A stretch of 64,000 bases of DNA from Setoptus koraiensis. Its lineage: Eukaryota; Animalia; Arthropoda. Below are positions 37,909 to 49,407 of this stretch, piece after piece. The position numbers and the translations under genes are program-made. Location of the stretch: assembly GCA_048013815.1 (NCBI GenBank), contig CM106586.1, forward strand, positions 22,134,001-22,198,000, written 5' to 3'. The notes below the pieces were generated by a model. It worked only from the letters and a program-made list of their open reading frames with translations, was not told the origin of the DNA and did no database searches. The first letter of the stretch is position 1; every line of letters begins with the position of its first letter.

Positions 37909-39352
37909 GACGCGTCCGGCGCGGCCCGGAAGGAAAAGGCTTGCGGAGGGTGTCGCCTGCACTTGTTAGCGTGAGTTTGGGAGAGCCGTGCGAGCGGAGG
38001 AACAAGAAGAAGAATGCGAACAAGTTGTTGTTCGGCTGCAAGTTGCAAGTTCACCTTTTGTGCTCTTGCGAGCAATGGGCACCGAGCAGAGAATTGGAGT
38101 AGCTCACAGGTTGGTGTGACTCACCAGCAACACTGACAGCGCCACTGACAGCAGCAGCAACAACAACAACAACAACAATAACAGCGACAGCAACGACAGC
38201 AGCGACAGCAACAACAACGACGTGAGCAAGCGGCCAAAAGTTTCAGAGTCTCCGCCGACAACAAGTGGCACTCACCTGCCCTCACCTGTGCAGGCCGCAG
38301 CCAGTGGCGGCATCGCAGCGCGGCCGCCAGACACAGACAAGAGCTGGCACTTGTTGGTGTCGAAGTTTGCGATTTTGAGTTTGCGACTGCGAGTTTGTGC
38401 GACTGCGAGTTTGTGCGACTGCAACTTGCAGCAACTGCAAGTTGGCCAGTCGGACGCAAAGTCGAGCAGGCGAACGTTCGGCGTTCGAAATTCGAACGCC
38501 GGATCGAACGCCAGAATGGAGCGCCGGATCGGACCAATTGCATCGCATGCCAGTGCGCTCATGTGCTTGCAGCGACTGCGAAATAACGGTCATGATTTTT
38601 TCACCAACCGCTTGTTCGTCACACACACTTGTTGTGGCGTCGCCTCTCAATCGATGCCTGGCTGTTGTCGAGCCGACAACATTGAGCAACGCCGAGCGAC
38701 GCCGAGCAACGCCGAGCTCAGCGAACACCGACAGGCAACATTGAGAGAATTGCGAGCTCGGGCGCGAATTCTTAGCAATTCTTTGCAAATCCTTGCAGCG
38801 AGTGGCTGCTTGTGAGCCGCCAGCCGGCGGCATAAGCGAGCCCGAGAGTCCAAAGTCTCGAGAGCTCTAATATTAGTTTAACTTGTCTCTGTGTGTCGTC
38901 ATCTCGCATGCCAGTGATTGTCATGACCGACAGTCAAGAACACGAACACGAACAGCGACAACAGCGACAACAACGACAACGACAACAACAACAACGACAA
39001 CAACTTCTATCTGGCCAATCAAGCGGAACAAAGAAAAAGCGAAAGTCGCATAATAGAACAAGTAGTCGGTTTCTCAGCGCGCCAGTTACACTTTACAGAC
39101 ATATCCAGTCCGCTATCTATCTGACTGGCAACGCAGGCAGCTTATACAAGAAGTTTAGTAACAACACACGGCAACAACTTTTGTCAACCGTCAGTACCGT
39201 TAGCAGGCTGATATTTGGTGTTTTGCGCAACACCAACACCGACACCAACACCGACAGCAGCAGCGACAACAACGCCGACTGTGCGTTTCATCTTCTCTAG
39301 CTGAATGGTTCCAATTGCACTTGTCGCTGTCGCAGTTGTTGTTGTTGTTGTT

Positions 39353-39410
<58 letters not shown>

Positions 39411-41705
39411 TTGTTGCTGTTGTTGTTGTTGTCGGCCGACGTTTACCCTTGCCGCTGCTGGCGCGACCGGCGAGCCAAGGGATAGCGAGCGGGCAACATA
39501 AGGCAGCCTAATTGAGTTGCGTTTCCTTTCTTTTTCTTTCTTTCTTTCGCTCGCTCGCTCGTTCGTTCCAATTGCCAGCGCTCGTTCGCCCTAACACGGC
39601 CGAACCGACTTACCTGTCGGCTGTGTGTGTTCGCAGCTTGGCTTGGCTCGGCTTGGCGCGGATTGACTCGATCGCGCCAATCACATTGCCAGCCATCCAG
39701 AGCCAATAGCCGGGCCGGCGTTCGTTGGCTCTGGCAACAATCGCGCTCGCTCTGGTCGCTTCCTTCTGGCTTCATTGGCTGGCCCGTTCGCTCGCAACAA
39801 CCAAAAATGACTGGCCGGCTTGCCAGCGAATCGCAAAGCGCAGCCGACCATTCCAAGACACACTCAGAGCGTTCGAAGGCACACTCAGAGCGTTCGAAGG
39901 CACACTCAGAGAAATGAGCGAGCCAGCGAGAGAGAGAGAGAGAAAAATGATTTCCGAATGAAACGCTCTCTGTGCATGCCGTGTGTCTCTGTATATGCGT
40001 CTCGGTATATGTGTAGCGGGATGTGTAGCGGGCCGTCCGGTGCCAGGCCTAAAGTCCCCACCGCTCGATATTATTGTGCATGCCTGGACACATGAACCGA
40101 CCGTCGACAGCCTGCAGCCGACAGCCGACATTCGACATGTCAGAATCAAGTCGAAACGACAACAACAGCAACGACAACAACGACAACAGGTAGCTCTGGG
40201 TGCTCTCCAACAAGCGGCTCACCTGACAGCGCTGCTCTCAATATAACGCTTTCGCTTCTTTTATCATCCACTCTCATTATTCTTATCACTTGCCTCTGAC
40301 ACTTGGCAAGCTCGGCCAGCTCGGCAAGCTTGGCCGGCCCGGCTCTCCGCGATGGCCACCAGCGAGCTGCGTGCCACAGACCATTACGCAACTAGCCACT
40401 GGCCAGAATAAAAATGGCCTGCTCATTCAACCGAAGTGACACAGCTCTTCTCACTACGTAACAGGACGGCGGCCATAACTGTCAGAGGATTGCGCTTGCG
40501 TTGGATTATTTATTATGTTGAATAGTCACAATTGTCTCGTTCGCTCATACTCCACAACAACGTTGGCTCGCACTATCGCCAAGACGCCAAGCTCATTGTT
40601 GCTCTCTCATTGAATTTATTGGCATGAAAAGTTCACAAAGTCAATAGAATGGATTTTGTGTTTTCAGTGCTGTCGCTCACGTTCATTGCTACTGGCGCCC
40701 CTCTCTCACACGTCTAACGTAATCTAACATAATTGAAAACAAGAACAGTGTAACAGTGGCAAAATAAAAGTTACAAAAGAAAAAGTTTGTCCGACCATTT
40801 TCACTCCATAACTAATCCGGCGCGCACTCTGGTGCACGCAAAATGAACAAACAAAGGATCTCTTGTTCTCGAACGGGCAACAATTAAACTTACAACTTGT
40901 TAACAAAACTGTCATGTTATAATTACCATTTGTTCCAACAAGCTGACACACAACAACCGGAAGGCACACGACACAACTTGTCGCCTTCGATACATTTGTG
41001 TGAGTGTGGTCAGCAAAGCTTTGACAATTATTTAGTTGAAATACACTAGACCTAATTGATATGAATTTTGTTTTCAGCACTGACAAACTAATTTAACAAA
41101 GGCCCCAAGTAAAAAAACAAGTAAATAACCAGATGATAAACCAGAAAAACAAGGTTCAAGAAGCCAGAATGGCGAATAGGACTGAGCAATACGAATAATG
41201 GCTTGCCGAGTTGAGTAACTCTTACATAACAAGTTGTTATTGATATAAATGAAATTTCAGATTTAATTGTGTTGTGAAGATTGAGATTCACCTTCGGTTT
41301 ATTTGTGTGATAGTGGTCAACAAAGAATTGACATTTATTCTGGTGCAATCTACGCCCAGGTTAAGTTGTAATCTGGTCTTCTTTAAATACGATTATTAAT
41401 GTAGCTTTAAAGCTCAAAGTATTTTTAAACAAACGTTTACTAATGAAGTTAACAATTCTCACTTTCTGTTTTTTGTAGTATGTTTCTGTCAGCCGTACGG
41501 TATTGTGAGGATGATCGGATGTTGAAAAATTAAATTTAAACCCATGCTGTTTTGCATGTCACACACACACACACACATCCAATTGGAAATTTTCTTTCCA
41601 ATTGCTGCTTGGTTTTCACCCATGTCATTCTGATTATTCCTCTTGTTGCGGTTTACACACAATATCTTTTAGCTTACTCCTCGGGACTTACTCCTCAATA
41701 AGCAA

Positions 41706-42897
41706 TCAATGACGATAGATACTGCCCAAAAGCGAATGCTTTATACCATTGGGTTGCTTGTTCGTAAGATCCATAACTTGGCACGATCTCAGATCTGGTC
41801 CTATTGGAATCGGAGAAAAAATTGAACGATCGGCCTGTTGGCTGGGTGGCGTTAAAATGTTCATCATAGCGGCTTGATTATACAAGCTCCTATACCAATC
41901 TATGTGATTGAATCGAACGTTATCGAGCCAATTTTGATAAGGAATACCTAATATACCGTTTCGATCATTGAGATGGTGACAATCATTGTTTATCCTGAGC
42001 GGTTTGAATTCCGGGGGTTGCTGGAGTTCTCGGAGACGTTCGTGCAATAATAGCATGTTTGTTGCGTCAGAAACCAACCGATTTGCTGTGGCATCTCGGT
42101 GAGAAACTCCAGAGAGATCGAGTACGGGTTCCTTGTTTGTTTCGGCTACGGAATTTGAAGATTCTGATCGTTTCTCGCTCAGATGATTACACCAAGCGTT
42201 TATTTGTTGACTTCTCCCGTGCGAATATTGTTGTCTGTCTGATGGGAGGCGCCTTTCTTTAAAATCTTCTTTACAACTATGGGTCTGGTCATCCAGTTTG
42301 TTCTTGATCAATTCATGATGATGACTATGTTCTTTATCATCAGTCTTATTGTCAACATTCCAACTGGCCACAAATGCACGATAACCATCCGACGCCGGCG
42401 AGGAGTCATCGTAAAGACGATTATGGTGTTGTAGTTGGTGGTGGTAGGGTGGCGTAATGGATGAAGTTTTACTGTGGTGAAGTGATGGTCTATCAATCAT
42501 TATGGCACTTCTATCACTTAAATGGCAGTGGTCACTTAATGATAGAGTCGGTGAGTTGGATCCGAGAGACGAGACAGGTGTAGTAGAGGAGGAATCGGTG
42601 TTATTTCTATCGGACTGTTTTTTCTGTCTTTGTTTGGATCTATTGTTTTGTCCGGCGGGCGCAACATTGGCCTCCTTCGATTGAACGGCTGCGATAGAAC
42701 TAGCAGCAAATATGTTGTCAGTTTTTCTCAAATAAACCGCAGAGTCCACAACGAATCTGTTTTTGGTCCTCATCCTACGACTGCAATGGCGACATGACAT
42801 GAGAAATTTTGTCACAGCCTCTCTGGGTAGAAAGGCGTACCTGTCTGTAACGGCCTGAAAGGTCCGTTTCTGGCCCATATGCTTGCCAAATCGGATG
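41706..42897 (-). CDS. NOL4/NOL4L-like protein, coding exon 3 (probably terminal); spliced protein ~1161 aa
   Basis: Acceptor gaacAG ends at 42898; phase 2 joins to give GR-IRFGKHMGQKRTFQAVTDRYAFLPREAVTKFLMSCRHC, the NOL4 integrase-type H2C2 zinc-binding motif. TGA at 41708-41706. Confidence 0.82.
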
Positions 42898-43014
42898 CTG
42901 TTCGTAGTATTAGAGCAGGCGAAAAGATAATATTAGTCAGAATTATCATAACAATTAATAGTTGTGCGTCCAATAGACCTCCATATACACAGGTATTCGA
43001 GAGTTGAAACTCAC

Positions 43015-43382
43015 CGTCCGATGATTTGATCGTGAATGTCGGATATGATCTCGAAGAAGTCCTCCACTATGGCAACTTGTTTCAGTTGTGGCCTATTGAT
43101 GAGATTAAGACCATCCTGCTTACTCGGGTCATAATCGTAATTCTGTTGTCCTAACTGATCGATGCACGACGAGGTGGGCGACAACGAGTATGGTCCGCAA
43201 TTGTTTGCATTGCTGTTTATTATTGATTGATGACTCCGGGGTGATTCAAGCGGCGATATTCGCTCCAGATCGTGATTTTGGTTTACGCCGGAGCTTGGCG
43301 AACAGCGAGCCCTTCGTTGGTCGGCAAGGGCGCCCACTGGGTTGCCATGGTGGCGATCATCCCTCACTGGCCTGCCGTTTCC
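43015..43382 (-). CDS. NOL4/NOL4L-like protein, coding exon 2
   Basis: Acceptor ctacAG ends at 43383 in phase 0, matching exon 1. Encodes LKQVAIVEDFFEIISDIH (NOL4-type VAVVEDFFDII motif). Phase-2 GTGAGT donor at 43014-43009. Confidence 0.85.
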
Positions 43383-43563
43383 CTGTAGATTGGTTTGGGT
43401 GTGATATGCATTGTTGATAACAGCAAATTGATTAGTTGGTTTGATCTGGTTTTATTAAATTGACAGAGGTCTGGAAAAGTATTATTATTTTTTTACTAAT
43501 CGGCACTGTTTTCATTTGTTAGCTATTGGCTGCGAGCGCGCCGAATTCAAACAGTAAAAATGT

Positions 43564-43863
43564 TTTAGTGTTCGAGGGAGGCATCCTCCCCGCAGGAACT
43601 CCCCTGCTGTTTTCAGGCTGGCAACTAGGAGCTCCCTCTCCCCTGTCCGTGTGCAACGGGGATTAATGAGGGCCATCAAATGAGATTTGATGCGACTCAA
43701 TTGATATCGGATATATGTATATGTATCTGTATTTGCGCCTCGTATTATATCGCAAACATAAAGTGGCCTGCGACGGAGTTAGACCAGGACAGGCAAAAGA
43801 GAATCTCGGCCGCTCGGCTTGAATCGGTAAGGGACGGGAGGTGCCCCTGGATCGATCACTAAA
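43564..43863. other. Self-complementary ~300-bp element in NOL4-like intron 1 (MITE-like or structured ncRNA)
   Basis: Imperfect ~30-bp terminal inverted repeats and several internal hairpins; not assignable to an RNA family by eye. Confidence 0.4.
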
Positions 43864-43990
43864 GTGTTGTAAACTTTCATTAATGTGCCTCATTCTAGCA
43901 TATTACAACAGTTAGCAAACAGACGAGAACATTGAAAATCGGTCTAGCCATGGATGCAAATGGAGCAAATTAGTATGATATAATACTTAC

Positions 43991-45916
43991 ACCTACACTA
44001 CAGGAGGGCACGCACAAGACTAGCGGATCGTCGTCCGGGAATCGCTTACGATGAGATGTTTTGACCGACATCAATGGGTGGTGCAAACCCAAATGTGTGT
44101 CTCCGTCCTCTGCGTCCGAATGGTCGTCGGGCGACGACGATTTTCCGTTACAGTGACCATTGGTCGGGGGCCTCAATGTTTGTTGCTTAGACTGTTGCTT
44201 TTGAGCCTGGCGAGCCAGCATGGCGTCCATGCTGTCTTGTATAATTTTGGATTCGCGCACCAGCACAAATCCCTTCGATTTGACCCATGTCTGAAATCGC
44301 AATTCCTCCCTGTTGCATTGATCTGTTTGTGGTTTGTTTGTGTTGCTAGTTGTTGAGTTATTATTACACGTGGTGACCGTTTCGTGGTTATTGTCGCTAT
44401 CTGGATTGTTGTTGTGGTTGTTGTTGTGGTTGCAGTGGGGCAACAGACATGAGCTTTTCTGTTGATTCTTCAAACATTTATCATGCTGCTGCTGCTGATG
44501 ATGAAGATCGCCAGCCCGACACAGTCTTGCCAATGTTGCCTGCTGTTCGGGTGTGTAGAGGGACACAGCCATGGAACGCTGCTGTTGCTGCTGATTGGTT
44601 TTGTCGCAGCAACTCAAATAATTGACTATCTTGTTATATTTGTCTCTAGTGATGGTCTTTGTCTTAGAGCTGTTACCGTAGATGCGCACAACCCATTCCT
44701 GAAAGTTTGCCTCGTCCGATTGTCGATCTGTTGATTCGTTGTTGTTGGCGTTGTCGGCCTCTGCGGAGCCCTTCGAGTGGCCATTCAAGTCCATCAGATT
44801 GTCCAGACTATTGTCGCCGCAGCTATTATCGTCCTCGTGCACGATGCAATTGCTTGCGGAATGAGTTTGCCCGCCACACTTGTCTGGCTGATGAAATGTT
44901 TTTCCGTTTGTGCTCACCAAGTCAAGCCGTTGTTTGGGCACGTCTTGCTGCGAGCCGGAATTTTGATTAATTTTGATTGTTGCGGGCCTGTCCAGCCGGC
45001 GCTTCTTGCTGCTGACCGTTTTGGCGCCATCTGTCTGACCAGATGGATGGGCCCGTTTATTTCGACGTAGCTGCTCCTCCGTGCTGACATTCATGCTGAT
45101 CTGATTCACGTTGATCTGGTTCACGTTAATCTGGTTCACGCTGATCTGGTTCATGTTGTCGCCGATTTTATTCGTGTTGTCGTGGGTCTCGTTCACGCTA
45201 TCGGCACCAATATGTTTCAACGTTTTATTTGCACCGTTGGCAAGCTTGTTGTCGTTATTGTTGTTGCTTGTTGTTGTGTGCTGGTGCTGGGTGAGTAGAC
45301 GTCTGATAAGTTTGAAATTGGTTTGATTGTACTGTCGTTGTTGCGTTACTATTGCCGAGCTTGTTGCCGCGGCTAATTTCTTAAACGATGAGTCTTTGCC
45401 GAGCAGCGAGTCAATTGTGAACAATGTTGAAAGTTTGTTGTTGTTGTTGTGGTTGTTGTGGTTGTGTTTGTGGTTGTTGTGTTTGTGGTTGCTGTGGTTG
45501 TTGTGGTTGTTGTGGTTGTTGTCGTTTGGTTGTTGTTGGATGTGTTTGTGGGCAGCGTGGTTGTGGCGGTTAGTATGTAAAGTAGCACTGGTGGCGCTAA
45601 TGTTAACGCTATTGTTGCCGTTATGCGCTGTGCTGACGGGCGTTGACAGATCCACAACAAGACAGTTATGGTCTAGAGACGACGACATTTGTGACTCGCT
45701 TAGCTGTGAATCCTGGCTGGCGCTCGAGGGCGACGAGCAACTGTCGACAGACTTTGTTCTAAGATTCGTCATTTGTTGTTTGCCGGTGCTTAGTCTACTT
45801 ACTGTGCTGTGCTGTCTTACGCGTTGTTGTTGGTGCTGTTGCTGCTGTTGTCGTTGTTGTTGTCGTTGTTGTTGTTGTTGATCTGCAACACTGATTGTTG
45901 TTTTTTTCATTGTCAT
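43991..45916 (-). CDS. NOL4/NOL4L-like nuclear protein, coding exon 1 (642 codons)
   Basis: ATG at 45916 with an in-frame TAA at 45922-45920. NOL4-type motifs FQEWVVRIYGNSSKTKTITRDKYNKIVNYL and FQTWVKSKGF. Phase-0 GTAAGT donor at 43990-43985. Confidence 0.85.
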
Positions 45917-48717
45917 TGATTAATGTCTAGTGTGACTAGTGTGTGTGTGTGTGTGTGTGTGCGATATTGTTGCGGCGGTGGCGCCAATCGGCTCGTACTG
46001 CACGTCAGAGCACCGTTATTGATGCAGCGGCGGCGGGGGCGGCGGCTGCAACAACATTAGCGGCGACGATAGCGCCAACGTGACTAGTGATTCAATAGTC
46101 TAGTTTGAAGCCTTCGCTTGTTTTGTGCGCACGAGAGACACAGGTGCCTGTCGGACTGTCGGGGGGGCTGACTTGTGCGCGACTTTGTCACCTTGAGCGC
46201 TCGCATTAGTTTGTTTAGCAGTTGTGCGAATCTGCCGCTGCCAATCTGGCGACAATCAAGCGATCTGACGATGGCGAGATAATTCGCGTCGAGTCGCGTC
46301 GGCTCGGCTCGTTTCTGGATTGTGCCAGTCGATTGTGTGTCGAGTGAATTGCCTGTGTCTGATCACTTGTCTGATCAGTCGCTGTTGTCTAATCAGTCGT
46401 GTAATCAGATGATGATTGTATCGTGGTCGCTGACACAGCCCGATGCGGCGCCTGATTGCGCCCGGCGCACACTAAAATGGCGGCCGACGACGAGCTGACA
46501 AGTAGCACTAATTAGCGACGATTATGAATTATGCTCGCCCTGCTCCCTGCGACGTGTGCGTGTGTGTCGTGTCTCAACTGTGTGTGTGTGTGTGCGGTCG
46601 GTGTGCAAAGTGATATAACGTTCGAGCTGGTTATTGCGCAAGTGGCGCTGCCATCAGGCGATTGTCGTTTGTTTGAGTGACAAGTTTTATTTTCTGTCTA
46701 ACAGGCGGCTCGCGCTGATTGTCGCCGATGTGTCGTCGATGGGCCGCCGCGGCTGTCGCTGGCTGTTGTTGCTGTTGTTGTTGCTGTTGTTGTTGCTGTT
46801 GTTGTTGCTGTTGTTGTTGCTGTTGTTGTTGCTGTTGTTGTTGGCTGTTTGCTGCTGCCGCCGCCGCCGAGGTTGTCGCTGCTGGCGCGGTTGTCGGCGC
46901 GGTTGTTGCGTTGTGCAGACTGTGTCGCTGCTGTTGTCGCTGCTGTTGTCGCTGTTGCTGTTGTCGGTCGCTGCTGTGGCGGTCGGTCGCTGTTGTTGTA
47001 GTCGGTTGTTGCTGTCGCAATCGGCGGTGAGCGAGTGAGCGGTGAGCGGGCCGTTTGGTGGCGCGCCGGCAACGTGGCCGCACTTGTTTGGCACTGATTG
47101 GTCGCTTGACGAGTCGCTGACGAGTCGCTGATGAGTCGCTGATGAGTGGCATTAGCCGAATGAGTTGCGCTGCCTGTCGGGTCGCTTGCTCGGCTGCTGC
47201 TGCTGTCCACGGTCTCGCCGCAATCACGCGCCCGCCGATACGCCCAACTTGCCGATACGCGCAACTTGCCGATGCGCCCAAAATGCCAAAAACCGATACC
47301 GTGCTGGCCCAACGCGCAGCCAAAAAACATTTAGGGACGTTTACAGATGCGACCGTATTGGGTGCTGGGGGCCCAGTGTGGCTGGCGGTCCTGCGCGGCC
47401 CGTTTGCCCGCAGCCGCCGCCGCCGCGTCGCTTGTCCGCGGCCGGCGCGGCCCGAATAAGCGTTTGCCCGTCTGCGCCGCTTTTGCGACACACACACACG
47501 CACGCACGCACGCACACGCTCTGTCAGTCTGACAGTGTCAGAGCTGTGGGGCGCACAGTCTGACAACAACACAGTCTGTTCAACGCACTCTGTTCAACAC
47601 ACTCTGTTGTGAGCCTGCTCGCCGCCGGCGCCCACCTGAGCGTTGCACAAGCAGCGTGCGTCTGGCGCACAGCCGCTGCTTGCCTACCTGGGCACCAGGG
47701 GCGGCTCGCAGCACACAGCCCGCACCGCCGTGCCCGCGGGGGCACGCACACAACGACGGCAACGACAGCAACAACGGCAACCACAGCGCCTACAACGACA
47801 ACAGCAACGACAACAGCAGCGACAACAGCGGCGACAGCGCCAGCAGCGGCGGCGGCAGCAACGACGTCTAGGTGTTGTGTGCGTGTGTGTGTAATGATGG
47901 CGGCGGTCGCGGGCCTTTGCCGCCGTCAGCGGGCATTGCCAGTCTAGTCACTAGACGCGGGCGTGTGCCTGTGCGTCGTACTCCGACAGCGAGCGTGTGC
48001 GTCGTAGCAGCGTGTGTGTGCGTGTGCGTCGTATCCCCGCAGTGTGTGTGTGCGTCGTCAACAGTGTGTGTGTGTGCCGTAATCCGACAGCGAGCAACGG
48101 AGCAGGCGGGCGCCGGCCAGGGGAGATTGTCGTGTCGTCATCGTCGTCGTGGTCGCTTAATCGCGTCGAGTCGGCGGCGTGTGCGTGCGTGTGCGTCGCC
48201 CGTCCATCCCGTGGCCGCCAGCGGCGCCCGCGTCATAATCGTCACGCGGCGCGTCACCCGCGTCATGTGTGCATTGTCGTCCCGTCAGGGCCGATTGAAC
48301 GATACCATCCAGCCGCCATCCTGTGTCTGACTGTCTGACTCACACACACACACGCACGCACACACGCTCGCTGTTGGGACACGACACACACGCACACACG
48401 CTCGCTGTTGGGACACGACACACACGCACACGCAGCCCGCCAGCGCCGCCAGACAGACAGCCCGTCGGCCACTTGCCAGCCAGTCGGGCTGCCACGCTTA
48501 GCTTAGCGTGGCTGGCTTGCCAGACGGGCGAGGGGGCGCACCGTCTGCGGCGCAGTGTGTTCTCGCATGAGGGCGCTGTGCTGTGCGCGTCGCGTCGCAG
48601 CCTCTGCTTCAGTGTGTTCTGCCTCAGTGTGTGCTCGTTGCGCAGTGCATGTTCGTGCAGCAACGCAGACACGGCGCGCTGTGCGCCGACTACGCGCAGC
48701 GCAACGCCAACAATATG

Positions 48718-48851
48718 CCCTAATAATGCAATGGCGCCCTAATAATGCAATGGCGCCCCAATAATGCAATAGCGCCCTAATAACGCAATGGCGCCTTAAT
48801 AATGCAATGATGCCGCTTATAACGCAATGGCGCCGCAATAATGCAATCGCG
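48718..48851. repeat. 19-bp tandem array CCCTAATAATGCAATGGCG x7
   Basis: Units start at 48718, 48737, 48756, 48775, 48794, 48813 and 48833. Confidence 0.92.
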
Positions 48852-49374
48852 CCACCATGGCGCACACCGTCGCCAAGTGGCACAGAGCAGAACAGAGCAG
48901 AGCAGAACAGAGCAGCGTGGCTGCCAAACGGCGCGCCGTTGCCGCCCCCGACTGACGCACACACTCAGCAGCCAGTGGCTAGACGATTTTGGCAAGCTCG
49001 CTGGAGAGCGTGTGATCCAGACTAGGCACTAGACGCGCTACGCTAGCTAGACAGCACGTAAGGCGGCGGCGGCGGCGATGAGTAGCGCAACGGTGGTTGC
49101 ATGGCAAGTATGGCTGTGTCGTTGGTGGCTCGAGTTAACGCTCGCCACTTTGCTCTACTTTGCGCTCAAATCTCTTTGCGCCACAGCCTCTAAATGCCAC
49201 TAAACTCACGGCTCACAAGCTCGGCGCGGCTCACAGGCTCGGCGCTGCTCGGCGCGGCCCGGCCCGGCTCAGCCCGGCGCAACTCGGCGCGGCCCAGCCA
49301 GACTGCAGCCGGCCCAATTGACACAGTCTAGACACACTCGCTCCGCTAATGGCGATGTTAACCCGACCTATGGG

Positions 49375-49407
<33 letters not shown>

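Noticed and set aside
40724-41348. ORFs 40724-41086 and 41088-41348 downstream of the NOL4-like stop
   Set aside because: AT-rich sequence resembling a 3' UTR with no domain similarity; no in-frame splice link found.
43564-43863. Assignment of the intronic element to RNase P/MRP, SRP, 7SK or telomerase RNA
   Set aside because: Partial look-alike words (GGAACUCCCC/CGGGGAUU, CCAGCCUGAAAACAGCAGG, GAUCGAUC, CUAAC) have the wrong order, spacing or pairing for those families.
46631-47572. Q-rich ORF upstream of the NOL4-like gene as an extra coding exon
   Set aside because: An in-frame TAA sits two codons before the 45916 ATG with no acceptor in between, and the ORF is mostly microsatellite.
49127-49137. 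GGCTCGAGTTA resembles the 3' end of miR-375
   Set aside because: The seed region does not match and there is no supporting hairpin.
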